Made by a program: the position numbers and the translations under genes
Assembly (NCBI GenBank): GCA_043228905.1
Contig: JBHGNT010000020.1
Span: 10,602,001-10,666,000 of the forward strand
Origin: Azolla caroliniana
Taxonomy: Eukaryota > Plantae > Polypodiophyta
Direction of reading: 5' to 3'
DNA length: 64,000 nt
Notes under the pieces: generated by a model
Databases searched by the model: none
The model's input: the letters and a program-made list of their open reading frames with translations, nothing else
What the model was told of the DNA's origin: nothing
Shown: positions 41,767 to 53,160 of the stretch, in pieces
Position numbering within the stretch: the first letter of the stretch is position 1
Layout of the letters: the number at the start of each line of letters is the position of its first letter

Positions 41767-41938
41767 TGTCGAATACATGTGTATAATGGACGTATTCACA
41801 CTATCCCGTTTTGGCCATTTATGTAATTAGCATAAAGGGTAGTTGCCCTAAGTCGGTCACTATATATAGTGACCTTGTAACCTTTTTGTAAGGTTGGGTG
41901 TTGTATTATTGATATATGGAATAAGAAGTATTTTTGTG

Positions 41939-41973
<35 letters not shown>

Positions 41974-42059
41974 AACGACCTCCAAACTGTCATACGCAGG
42001 TATTCAAAACACAATCGAATGCTTCTTGATCTTCCGCAAAGACGACTTTGTCTCCAACA
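41767..42059 (+). repeat. 5' LTR of the intact copia
   Basis: 293 bp, tgtcgaatac...ctccaaca, containing a TATA palindrome and (CT)n. Confidence 0.95.
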
Positions 42060-42061
42060 TC

Positions 42062-42074
42062 TGGTATCAGAGCC
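42062..42074 (+). promoter_or_regulatory. Primer binding site complementary to tRNA-iMet 3' end
   Basis: tggtatcagagcc, 2 nt downstream of the LTR. Confidence 0.92.
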
Positions 42075-42724
42075 TGCACAGTAGTCGGTCCTTCAATCCG
42101 CTGTCGGCCGTCGTCTCAGCATTCGGTTTCCTGCGTCATTCGAAGAAGAGAGAAGAAGAAGAAAAAACGAGGCTTGCATCTCTTCGCGTTAGATCCTCTT
42201 CGCTTGGGGTAAGCCAGCCGGTTGTACTCCGTTCCCTGTGATCGAAACGCTCGAGGTGAAATCCCCTTGTGCAACATTGACACGATCGTGCTCCACTCGG
42301 TTAAACGGCATCCGAAGAGGTCAACAAACGCCGCTCGTTGTAACCACTCGGTGCAGATCGGTCTCAAGACAACAACCCCAATTCGCGCTTCATCCGGCTG
42401 ATCGACATTCGGGAGGATCAGTTGGATCTGTCTCTCTCGTCGCTGCAGCCACCCGAAGCAGAATCGGTCCAGATAATCGGTTTCAATAATCGGTATTCGG
42501 CATATATATCCGAAGCGAACCGGGCTCACTCCGACTCGGCAACATTCGGGAAGACCAGTCGGTTCTGTCCCTCAAGTTACCGGAGTCAATTCGAGCAAGT
42601 TCCGAAGCCAAACCGACTCGGGTTCAAATCCGACTAGAACGATATCGGGTGAGCCAACCGGCTGCACTCCAACAAGGTTCGTAGTCAACTCCGAACCGAG
42701 CTTCGTCAACCGAAACCGAATTTG

Positions 42725-45700
42725 ATGGCATCAACATCCGGCTCGTCAGAAATGAGTCTACGAAAGTTCGATGGATCGAACTTCAACTTCTGGAAGGAGC
42801 AAATGCAGGACTATCTCATAGTCAAGGGGCAAATCGATCCCATCGAAAATGAAGAACCTCCAGAAGGATACAAACCAATTGAGTGGCAGAAGCTGGACAG
42901 AATCGTCCGCGCCACGATTCGGATGCACCTATCGGAATCGGTATACTTTACGGTGCAATCGTGTACGACAGCATTCGAACTGTGGAAAACACTGTCGGAC
43001 ACTTACGAAAAGAAGGTCGCCGCAACGAAGATGTTTCTGATCCGACGCCTCTACAACTTGCGGATGAAAGAATCCGATTCGGTTCAAGCACACCTCAATG
43101 AGTACGAAAGCATAAGCTCCCAAATCTCGTCACAGGGGACGGAAATCGAGGATGAACTCAGAGCAATGATACTCATGAGCAGCCTTCCCTCATCATGGGA
43201 AACTTTCGTCACAACCGTGTGCAACGCGTCAACCACGGCTGTTAAATACTCCGAAGTCACGAGCGCAATCCTGACCGAAGCAGCTCGGAGAAAGTCTTTC
43301 GCCAAAGACTCAACAGACGACGCTTATGTAGTACAAGGTTCGACAGACCGATCGAACATACGAGGAAGAGATTCCTCACGGCCGCCGAACAATCAGCGAA
43401 GACGGAGCCAGTCACGGGATAACCGAATCTGCAACTATTGCAAGAAACCCGGACACATCAAAGCCGACTGCCGCGCACTCAAGAACAAGAACAACAAGAA
43501 GAGTGGCCGGCATGAGGAGATCAATTACGTCAGCTTCTCAGCTGATGTGCTACCAGACGACCCGAATATACTATCAATCGAAAATCCAGTCGGATCAGAA
43601 GTTCTGCTCACGACTGAAGAATCGAGCACATGGCTCTTAGATTCGGGCGCGTCATTTCACGTGACTCCTCATCGATCCCAATTTCGGCAATATACGATCC
43701 GTCACTCCGACTCAGTTCGGGTCGGCAACTCGCAACACTGTGACATCATTGGAATCGGCACAGTAGAGCTCAACCTTGCAGGTGGCTCTACACTTGTACT
43801 CCACAATGTCCGACATGTACCCGAGCTCTCAAGGCCATTGATCTCAGTCGGACAACTAGATGAAGACGGCATTCGTGCCGGTTTTTCTTCGGGAGGGTGG
43901 ACACTCCACAGGGGGAACCTCCTGCTTGCTAGAGGACCCAAGATACACTCATTGTATCCGTTACATGTTACGCTCAGAGAGGGTAACCTGTTTTTGGTGG
44001 ATATTCCTGTGTCATCACTATGGCACAGAAGATTAGGACACCTCAGCAAGGCCGGCATCACGCACCTATCTAGAGCCGGATACATCCCCAAACTCTCCTT
44101 CTCGGACCATCAATTCTGCGAGCATTGCCAGTATGGCAAACAAGCAGCCGCATCACACCCGACATCAGCACCAAGAGAAACGAGACCTCTCGATTTGGTC
44201 CACTCGGACGTCTGTGGCCCAATGCCGCATCAGTCTCTTGGTGGTGCCTCTTACTTCGTCAGTTTTATTGACGATTCGACTCGAAAGGTGTGGGCTTATC
44301 CAATTCGCACCAAAGATCGTGTCTTCTCGATCTTCACCGATTGGCTCGCTATGGTGGAAAATCAAACCGACCGAAAGCTGAAATGCTTTCGGACAGACAA
44401 TGGGGGAGAGTTTAAATCCGAAGAATTCGTCAAATTCTGCCGACAACGCGGCATCCGACGTGAACTTACGGCACCACACAGTCCGGAGCAAAACGGGATT
44501 GCAGAACGAATGAATCAGACAATCCAAGAACGGACAGTTTCCATGCTCCAACACTCCGGACTGTCGGATGGCTTCTGGGCAGAGGCTCTACTCACGGCAG
44601 TACACATAATCAATATGTCGCCAAGTAGACCTCTAGGACTTCAAATTCCTCAGGAACTATGGATCGGCAGTAAGCCGAATTACGACAAGCTGAGGATCTT
44701 CGGATGCGAGGCGTACGCCCTCATTCCGAAAGATGATCGCCGAAAACTTGCACCTCGGTCTAGGAAATGCATTTTCCTTGGATATGGATCCGACGGCGAA
44801 ATGGGATACCGACTCTGGGACCCCGAACGCAGACAAATCGTTCGAAGTTCGGACGTTGTGTTCAACGAGTCGGCTATGAATCCATCAGTCGAAAAACCGA
44901 TCGAAGTCCGAAGGGTAACATTTTCCGATGTGCCGACCCTTCAAGAAGGCCCTGCTCTCAACACACGGTCAGCTTCACGGGTAGCTGAACCTTACACTAC
45001 CGACTCGGACAACCCCGACTCGGCACAGCAGAACAATCCGCTTTCGGACCATCCGGCCTTGATACCCGATGCGACCAGTCCAATCTTACCTCGCCGATCC
45101 GAGAGACTGTCGCAACCTCCGGAGAGGTATTCTCCTGGAATTTTCTTCACCGACGCCGGCGAACCGACGTCTTACGAAGAAGCATCGACATCTGTCGATT
45201 CCGCCACCTGGCATCTGGCGATGGAGTCGGAAATGCACTCCATTCGGGCAAACAAGACTTGGGATCTGGTCGAATTACCTAGGAACCGACGTGCTCTTCC
45301 TTGCAAGTGGGTTTATCGACTAAAAGAGACGTCTGATTCGACCACCCCAAAGTACAAGGCCAGATTAGTTGCGAAGGGCTTCCGACAAGAATATGGCGTC
45401 GACTTCGACGAGATTTTTTCACCAGTGGTGAAAATGACAACCCTTCGTTTTCTACTCGGCGTAGTGGCAGCCGACAACTTGGAGCTGATTCAGCTAGATG
45501 TCAAAACAGCATTCCTCCATGGTGATCTTGACGAGGAAATTTATATGGAGCAGCCAAAAGGCTTCGTGGCAACCGGCCAAGAACATCTAGTCTGCCGACT
45601 CAGGAAGAGTCTATATGGCCTCAAACAGGCACCGCGACAATGGTACAAGAAGTTCGACGACTTCATCCAATCGCTCGGCTTCTCAAAAAGCGATGAGGAC

Positions 45701-46738
45701 CATTGTCTCTTTACCAACACAGCTCAAGATGGATCACCCATCTTCCTCATCATTTACGTGGACGACATGCTAATTTCTGGACGCCACGCGGGCGAACTTG
45801 CCGATCTCATTCGGCAACTGCGGTTGAAGTTTGCCATGAAGGACCTCGGTCCGGCACGACACATCCTTGGCATGAAGATTAGTCGGCATCGCGATAAACG
45901 ACATCTTTTTTTGTCTCAGACCGACTATATCGGACGTGTCTTGGAACGCTTCAACATGCAATCAGCCAAATCTGCTTCAACCCCGCTCCCCATGAATCTT
46001 CGGCTCTCTCAGCGAGACTGCCCGACATCCGGTCCGGAGGGGGAAGATATGAAGTCGGTACCGTATGCACCGGCAGTCGGCTCCCTTATGTACCTGATGG
46101 TCGCGACACGGCCTGATATCTCTCATGCCGTAGGAGTCGTTAGCAGATTTATGCACAATCCTGGCCGATCGCATTGGAACGCAGTCAAGCATGTGTTCAG
46201 ATATCTGGCTGGCACAAAAGACCACGGCATTCTTTTCGGTCCGAACCGAACCTCAGGCGTAGTCGGTTACACCGACTCGGATTTCGCCGGCTGTATAGAC
46301 AGTCGGAAATCAACAACCGGATACTGCTTCAAATTCGGCAATGGAGCAATCTCGTGGAAGTCGAAACTTCAGGAGTGCACAGCGACCTCAACGACCGAAG
46401 CAGAATATGTAGCTGCGTCCGACGCAGCAAAAGAAGCTTTGTGGCTCGGTCGGCTGGCGCACACGTTTCGACAAGTCGACCATGACTCGGCCCCAGTTGT
46501 CTACAGCGATAGTCAAGGTGCTGTTGCCTGGTCAAAAAATCCGGTTCACCACAACGCCTCCAAACATATCGACGTTCGATATCACTTCGTTCGGGACTGC
46601 GTCATTTCAGGGAAAATCGGTCTAGAGAAAATATCCACAACCGACAATGTCGCAGATGGAATGACCAAATGTCTTTCGGCAGACCGTTTTCGGTCTCTTC
46701 GGCATCAGATGGGCGTAATGACAAACCAGTCTGGTTAG
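42725..46738 (+). CDS. Copia gag-pol polyprotein (gag, protease, integrase, RT, RNase H), uninterrupted
   Basis: Zn knuckle CNYCKKPGHIKADC; protease WLLDSGAS; integrase HHCC plus VHSDVCGP / RTDNGGEF / NGIAERMN; RT QLDVKTAFL and YVDDM; RNase H TDSDFAG...KHIDVRYHF. First ATG at 42725. Confidence 0.96.
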   Translation: MASTSGSSEMSLRKFDGSNFNFWKEQMQDYLIVKGQIDPIENEEPPEGYKPIEWQKLDRIVRATIRMHLSESVYFTVQSCTTAFELWKTLSDTYEKKVAATKMFLIRRLYNLRMKESDSVQAHLNEYESISSQISSQGTEIEDELRAMILMSSLPSSWETFVTTVCNASTTAVKYSEVTSAILTEAARRKSFAKDSTDDAYVVQGSTDRSNIRGRDSSRPPNNQRRRSQSRDNRICNYCKKPGHIKADCRALKNKNNKKSGRHEEINYVSFSADVLPDDPNILSIENPVGSEVLLTTEESSTWLLDSGASFHVTPHRSQFRQYTIRHSDSVRVGNSQHCDIIGIGTVELNLAGGSTLVLHNVRHVPELSRPLISVGQLDEDGIRAGFSSGGWTLHRGNLLLARGPKIHSLYPLHVTLREGNLFLVDIPVSSLWHRRLGHLSKAGITHLSRAGYIPKLSFSDHQFCEHCQYGKQAAASHPTSAPRETRPLDLVHSDVCGPMPHQSLGGASYFVSFIDDSTRKVWAYPIRTKDRVFSIFTDWLAMVENQTDRKLKCFRTDNGGEFKSEEFVKFCRQRGIRRELTAPHSPEQNGIAERMNQTIQERTVSMLQHSGLSDGFWAEALLTAVHIINMSPSRPLGLQIPQELWIGSKPNYDKLRIFGCEAYALIPKDDRRKLAPRSRKCIFLGYGSDGEMGYRLWDPERRQIVRSSDVVFNESAMNPSVEKPIEVRRVTFSDVPTLQEGPALNTRSASRVAEPYTTDSDNPDSAQQNNPLSDHPALIPDATSPILPRRSERLSQPPERYSPGIFFTDAGEPTSYEEASTSVDSATWHLAMESEMHSIRANKTWDLVELPRNRRALPCKWVYRLKETSDSTTPKYKARLVAKGFRQEYGVDFDEIFSPVVKMTTLRFLLGVVAADNLELIQLDVKTAFLHGDLDEEIYMEQPKGFVATGQEHLVCRLRKSLYGLKQAPRQWYKKFDDFIQSLGFSKSDEDHCLFTNTAQDGSPIFLIIYVDDMLISGRHAGELADLIRQLRLKFAMKDLGPARHILGMKISRHRDKRHLFLSQTDYIGRVLERFNMQSAKSASTPLPMNLRLSQRDCPTSGPEGEDMKSVPYAPAVGSLMYLMVATRPDISHAVGVVSRFMHNPGRSHWNAVKHVFRYLAGTKDHGILFGPNRTSGVVGYTDSDFAGCIDSRKSTTGYCFKFGNGAISWKSKLQECTATSTTEAEYVAASDAAKEALWLGRLAHTFRQVDHDSAPVVYSDSQGAVAWSKNPVHHNASKHIDVRYHFVRDCVISGKIGLEKISTTDNVADGMTKCLSADRFRSLRHQMGVMTNQSG

Positions 46739-46931
46739 AGCCGGACACAGAGCAGGATGGTTCCCGACAACCGACATCAGTTCCTTAATGATCGGCTTCA
46801 ACTGTTCCGACCCGACCAGTTCGGTCTTCTGCCTTCGGACCCTGCCGACTCGAACAAAGCTGATATGTCCGAGAACCTAAGTCTATACCTGTAATCTTAG
46901 ATAACCCATGTATACGCCCATTACGGGGGAG

Positions 46932-47103
46932 TGTCGAATACATGTGTATAATGGACGTATTCACACTATCCCGTTTTGGCCATTTATGTAATTAGCATAA
47001 AGGGTAGTTGCCCTAAGTCGGTCACTATATATAGTGACCTTGTAACCTTTTTGTAAGGTTGGGTGTTGTATTATTGATATATGGAATAAGAAGTATTTTT
47101 GTG

Positions 47104-47140
<37 letters not shown>

Positions 47141-47226
47141 AACGACCTCCAAACTGTCATACGCAGGTATTCAGAACACAATCGAATGCTTCTTGATCTT
47201 CCGCAAAGACGACTTTGTCTCCAACA
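46932..47226 (+). repeat. 3' LTR of the intact copia
   Basis: 295 bp, nearly identical to the 5' LTR. Confidence 0.95.
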
Positions 47227-47589
47227 GGTCGCCCAACCAAATGTATTGTTTCCACCAAAATCTTCTAATCACTCGGAAGTTGAAACTTAAAACTTCAAAT
47301 AACAATCAAACAACCACAAACTAAAACATTAAAACTTCCAAAATCGACGAACATCACCATACTTAAAAGTTAAAACTTAGTCTTAACAACAAAAAATCAT
47401 CTTAAAACATAAAACTTAACACTTAAAAAAATACACAAACTTAGACCTAACAACAAACAATCAACTTTAAGCATAAAACTTTTTAAAACTTTAAACATAC
47501 ATCAACTTAAAACATTCTTGATTCGTAAACCTAATTACAATGATCCTAAAACAAAATGTTCTGGTCATTCGAAATCGACCCACATAATT

Positions 47590-48476
47590 GTGGCATGTGC
47601 CTCTCAATAATCATTCGGATGCCGAGTATATGCGTACATTTACTCGCAAGGTCTTGGCAATCACAATATGAGCATTGGTGCGATACATTATACCATAGAG
47701 TAGGAATCATCACTTAGCTCAATATTTTAAACCAATATTGAGCCTCGTCCACAATATGCATTGTCGCAATATTAGTTTCATACCTCTCGAGTATCATCTC
47801 GACCTCTTTTAAGTCTTGACCTTTGATCCCTACAATTTGCACAGGGTGCAAATCCACCACTCTCACATATTTCTTGTCGTTGCTTGTCCAATTCAAGGAC
47901 GGTCCATCCGACACAAGGGCATGTTTCACTGTCCCCGATTAAAACATGCACAATATATGTAATTGATTGGTTTATTCTTCCTCTCAAGGCAATGTCTCTC
48001 CACAATATTGGTTGTGTCAACATGTCTGTCGTTGAACATTCTACCAAACTTGGGCCATAGTTTCCTCCACACACATGTCAAGCCACACCATCCTTCTTCT
48101 ATATATTGCCAAACACCTAGCTTGTTTGCATATTCTACCTTTAACTCTTCACACATCACACTGAATGTGGATTCCATAATGAATTGCATGAGTTGGCACA
48201 TATGGTGATAAAGTTGGTTTCTCTCAGTTGCACTTACCTTTGGCAACAAGTTGTCCACCCATGCTTTTTTAACTGACACAACAAAAGTCAGCAATGTGTT
48301 TGCGACCTTTGCCCATTTGCAACGATCCAAGATAGATGGTCTACTACAACCACATTACTTATGGAAATATATGATGTCCAACTTTTATTTATGACTTTCG
48401 CATTTGGCCGCACATTGGGCATCCTTGCGAATATGACTCTCAAGCAAGTTTCTAATGCAACTTGCTCATGGTTTGA
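47590..48476 (-). pseudogene. MULE transposase remnant with a SWIM zinc finger
   Basis: Minus-strand peptides RMPNVRPNAKVINKS, KKAWVDNL, WQYIEEGW...HVDTTNIVERH (TTNxxE catalytic-Glu motif) and YCDCQDLASKCTHILG (CxC...CxH SWIM); frameshifted. Confidence 0.75.
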
Positions 48477-48678
48477 CCCTTTTGCTGCTGCAAGAGCAAT
48501 TACGGTCCACACGGTGGTCATCTTTGCCACTGGGGCAAAGGTCTCTTCGTAGTCTACGTCGTGCGTTTGTGCGTATCCTTTCGCAATGAGCCATGCTTTG
48601 AAGCGATTTACGGAGCCTTCGACATTGTATTTCACTTTGTAAATCAATCAACAACCAATCGCTTTCTTGTGCGGACCC
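48477..48678 (-). pseudogene. Isolated copia reverse-transcriptase fragment
   Basis: PHKKAIGC*LIYKVKYNVEGSVNRFKAWLIAKGYAQTHDVDYEETFAPVAKMTTV. Confidence 0.88.
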
Positions 48679-51600
48679 TCTCACACACATATCACTTAAT
48701 CTTCCGCTTAACTTAATCACATAATTAGGCACTAATTAACCCTTGCTTAATTACTTACCTAATTTTTAACATGGTATCAGAGCATGTGGTTTAACACGTC
48801 CACTAAGCCCATCCGCCTCTTCATAATTGTGTGTTCGAAACGTCGACGACAAATTCTGGCTATCCACTACCGTAGTGCCGCTACGTAGCACGTATACGTG
48901 ATCGAAGGAAGAAAAGCAAAAAGAGAAGACACTAATCAACATGAACACAAAAATGGGTAGCTCGTTCCCTAGTGAAAAGCTAGACCGGAGCAATTATTCA
49001 TCTTGGGAGTACAAGATGACCCAATACCTCATCGGCCAAGGGTATTGGAGCTACATTAACGGTGCACTCGAAAACAAGCCCGGCATCACAAACGCCAACT
49101 ACCCCAACGTGGGAGCAAGGAGCGAGTCGGGTAATGTATTGCTTGGCAACATGTGTCCACGACCACATACTTAGCCACATTTGAGACGCCAAGACACCTA
49201 AAGAGGCGTGGGAGAACTTAATGAAGATGTTTACTGCCAACACGACCGCCCACAAGCTTCAACTCCGACAAGAATTGAATAACATTCGACAAAAAGACAT
49301 GTCTATGTCGGAGTACACCACCAAGATCAAGAGCATTGGCGACTCACTTGGCTCCATCAACATAAATGTTGACGAAGACAAGATGGTTCAAGTATGCTTA
49401 GGCGGCCTCGCACAACGATTCGACTCGTTGAGGACGGCAATCTTGGCGAGGGAAAACCCTCCTTCGTTCTTCAACCTCCAATCAATGTTATTGGTCGAAG
49501 AGAACCATGTCCGAACCAAGATGAAGACGTCGGAAGGAAAAATGTTCTTCTCAAGTTCAAACGGTGGCCGAGGACGAGGTCACGACGGTAGAAGAGGCCA
49601 ATTCGACCCATCAAACCTTCACGGAAGCCATCAAGGAACCTTCGGAAGAAGGGGGAGCTTCTATGCCGAACAAGGTCGGCAAATGAGCCCGCAACTTGCA
49701 ACTATTGCGGAAACATTGGCCACCACGAGGAGGACTACCGAAAAAGAAGCAGCGAGTTAGCTTCGACAAGTTGACAACTCACGAATTACATCGCCAACTC
49801 CGAATACAACAACTACGACGGACTATTCGTAATGAGGCATAGAGAGAACTCTATGTCTGCCTCCGACTCCGCAAGCACTTGCAATTTGGAAGACGTGTGG
49901 TTTGTCGATTCCGGCACCTCACATCACATGACGTCACACCAAGCGTGGTTTCGTGACTTACGAACGCCGAACCGACCCAGCTTCATAGAGACGGGAGACG
50001 ACACCACACATCCCATTTGGCACATCGGCAATGTCCCATTCGGGAAAGAATGCGAGCAAACTTGCATCAAGAATGTCTTGCACGTTCCCACAATAATGAA
50101 GAATTTGGTCTCAGTCGGCCAAATCGTGGAGCAAGGCATGCAAGTCCGTTTCAACAACGAAGGTTGTTTTATCGAGAAAGATGGTTGACTCATAGCCAAG
50201 GGACGGAGAGACGGTCGCATGTTCATCCTCGATTCGAATGAGGTGAAATCGGCCATGTATGCCAAAGGTCTCAAAACCAAGACAAGCATAGACTTGTGGC
50301 ACAAGAGAATCGGCCACATCAACCTCCAACGGCTCCGAGCTATGCAAACAAAGGGAGTCGTCATCGGACTTCCGACATTCAAGTCGAAACAAGTCGACCG
50401 AGTATACGAAGCGTGTCAACTCGGCAAACAACATCGACTCCCATTCCCGAAAGAGAGCTCCGCGAGCAAAGGCCTCCTCAACGTCATACACTCGGATGTA
50501 TGGGGACCGGCTCAAATGTCAATACTACGTAAACTTCATCGACGACTACTCCCGCTACGCGTGGATCTACCCGATGAAGAAGAAAAGCGAAGTGCGCTCC
50601 CACTTCCAAAAGCTCAAGGGGCAAGTCGAAAAAGAAACCGGTCGGCACATTCGATGCCTATGATCGGATGGAGGCAAGGAGTACTTCTCCGATGAATTCA
50701 CCTCCTACCTCCAAAGTGAAGGCATTCGGAGAGAATTCTCGTGTCGACACACACCCCAACAAAATGGAGTAGCCGAAAGGAAGAATCGCCAAATACTTGA
50801 GGTAGCACGCGCCATGATGCATGAGAAGCACATGTTCAACTTCTATTGGGCCGAAGCGGCATCCATGGTCGTCTATCTCATGAATTGATGCACCACTAAT
50901 GGAGTGCATGAGCTAACTCCATACGAGCTCCTCGTCGGAAGGAAGCCTATCCTGTCGCACCTCAAGGTGTTCGGAAGCATTATGAATGTACGCATCCCGA
51001 ACGAACAACGACAGAACCCCGACGCGAAGTCGGAGGAATGTATCCTCATAGGATACTGATCCGAGATGAAGGCATACAAGTGCTACAACCCTTCTACCCG
51101 AGTGGTTCGGGTAAGTCGAGACGTAGTCTTCGACGAGTCCGCATCCTGGTACGCACTAGAGACAACTTCGACTCCGACTCCGCTTGACCCGGAATCCGCC
51201 GAACAAGAGGTAGAAGATGGAGATTGTTTCGAACACATGTTCAAAGAAAGTCTGATTACGACAAGGCCTATTGGGCCACAAGAGCCCCCACGCGACCCAA
51301 GCACGTCGCGGCCAAGTACGAACTTGGACAACGGCAAAGATAAGATGCTCAAATACGAAGTCGATCACCCCGACGACAATGATTCGGATGGATCGGCTCC
51401 CTCACTAGACAATGAGTTTGGTGTACCCATCATGCGTACACCCAGAGTAAAGAAGGCGCTCACATCGGCGAGCAAAAAACTTCGACGCTCTTCTAGAGAA
51501 AAGAATCCCGTCACTCGGCTCGGCTACAACGAGTATATGGCCCATCATTATGCCTTTGCGATGAAGGTAACAACTGAACAAGAGCCCAAGAGCTCTACAA

Positions 51601-52497
51601 AAGTGGCTTGTAACCCACAATGGGTGAAAGCAGTCGGCCAATTTCGTACGACAAGCCCTCATCACAAGATTGAGGGCGAGGAACCGAAACTGCCACAAAA
51701 ACGTCGACGTCGAAAGAAGCAAACCGACCATCCAAAGCCGAAACTGATTCAACCGAATCGAAGACCCGAACGTCGAAAGCCAAAGCGGACATCGGATGCC
51801 CCATACTTGAGCTTGAGGGGGCGTGTTAAGAGATCAAGCTCAACTTAGTTTAGTTAGTTAGTCAACCATGTAACTTCGTAGTTACCTAGATAGAATCTGG
51901 TTAGAAGTGTTGACTATAACGCCTTAAATATGACCTTGTACTTAAGTGGGATATTCAAGATCCTCCACTCTTAAGTACATTTAATATAGGACTTACACTT
52001 TTGTACCTATATTATCCTCACACATGTGCACCCTTGTACATGAAATCTATATATACCTCATTGTAGGTATTTTTGTATTTGATGATGATAATGCTAATTT
52101 AATATAGTTACTCATCCCCCCATCTTGTGTTGTTCATAAGTGTATCTCTCTCTCTCTTTTTTTATTGTAATTAGCTTACCCTAGTGGTAAGTCGATAACA
52201 CTACAAGCACTGTGTCTTAGGTTCAAAACCCAATTTCCTCACCTCTCTATTATATACTTCATATGTATCTCTATTTCACTAGATGCCAATGTGGAATGTA
52301 GGGGTTGAACCCATGACCACCTGGTCTCCATTGGGCAACCTTACCAACTGAGCTACATCCATCTGGGTTGTATCTCTCTCTATCTCTCTCTTCCTCTCAC
52401 ACACATACACACACATATCACTTAATCTTCCGCTTAACTTAATCATATAATTAGGCACTAATTAACCCTTGCTTAATTACTTACCTAATTCTTAACA
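48678..52497 (+). mobile_element. Defective Ty1/copia element: truncated 5' LTR, degenerate gag-PR-INT, RT/RNase H deleted, full 3' LTR
   Basis: LTR remnant 48678-48771 matches the end of the 3' LTR (51824-52497, TGTTAAGA...TCTTAACA). PBS tggtatcagagc at 48772; WFVDSGTSHHM, LWHKRIGH and IHSDVWGP motifs; PPT gagggggcg. Confidence 0.88.
52154..52368 (-). mobile_element. tRNA-derived SINE-like insertion inside the copia 3' LTR
   Basis: Minus strand ggatgtagctcagttggtaagg (A box)...gggttcaacccc (B box)...tacattcca; ends aataaaaaaa; flanked by direct repeats tgtatctctctct (52141, 52369). Confidence 0.62.
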
Positions 52498-52957
52498 TTT
52501 AGGAAATTGATGCAATGCTTGAATGGCTTTCCGAAATTCCTCCAAAAGGTTGCTTATTATGAGGGCAACTATGCCCTTTGGGGTACATGAATTTAACATA
52601 TCATAGTAGTAGAGATGTGAGACTAGAGCCAAATAGATTGTAGCCAAGTGGGGGGAATGACTTTTGAAACAAACAATCAACTTCCTGGATGGGTTTCTTC
52701 TACATTTGTTTCTAGTGTAGCACATACAAACTTTTCACATTCTTCAAGAGAGCATATTTTTTATACCTTCGTGTTTAACAAACTCTTTAACCATGTGTTA
52801 CAACAACAAATATAGTGCAAAACATTAACAATTGAAAATACGCAAATGTCTTTATTCTTGGTGTCTTCGGTACTCAAATTTTTGTAATGTGTCAGCCATC
52901 TTATTTCCTTTTCTATACTCAACAACAATGTGACATTTACATCGGGCAGTTGGAAAT

Positions 52958-53160
52958 TCTAACCCAAACTATTGATATTGCTAACCCAATCTAATGATTA
53001 CTAACATGGTTGTAAGATTTTCTAACCCAAGACAATGAATTGTCTCTAACATGGGCTAAATTTTCTTACTCGGCTAATGGATTTGCTAACCCGCCCGACT
53101 ACGGTCATTACTAACCCGGGCAATGATTCTTACTCGTTGGAGGTCATTACTAACCCATGC
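52958..53160. repeat. Cluster of short ctaaccc-containing motifs (likely transposon subterminal repeats), with inverse ggttag motifs at 54282-54430
   Basis: Six spaced ctaaccc copies separated by 20-65 bp of non-repeat sequence. Confidence 0.5.

Larger units (their letters stand above)
41767..47226 (+). mobile_element. Intact, young Ty1/copia LTR retrotransposon (Tnt1/Tork-like)
   Basis: LTRs 41767-42059 and 46932-47226 (TG...CA) differ by one substitution and one CT unit. PBS tggtatcagagc at 42062, PPT acgggggag before the 3' LTR, TSD ggtca/ggtcg. Confidence 0.96.

Noticed and set aside
52291-52362. Functional tRNA gene
   Set aside because: The anticodon arm does not pair convincingly and the acceptor stem needs a bulge, so it is treated as a SINE-like or pseudo-tRNA sequence.
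52958-53160. ctaaccc motifs as interstitial telomere
   Set aside because: The motifs are spaced rather than tandem and are mirrored by ggttag motifs near the MULE end, so subterminal repeats explain them better.
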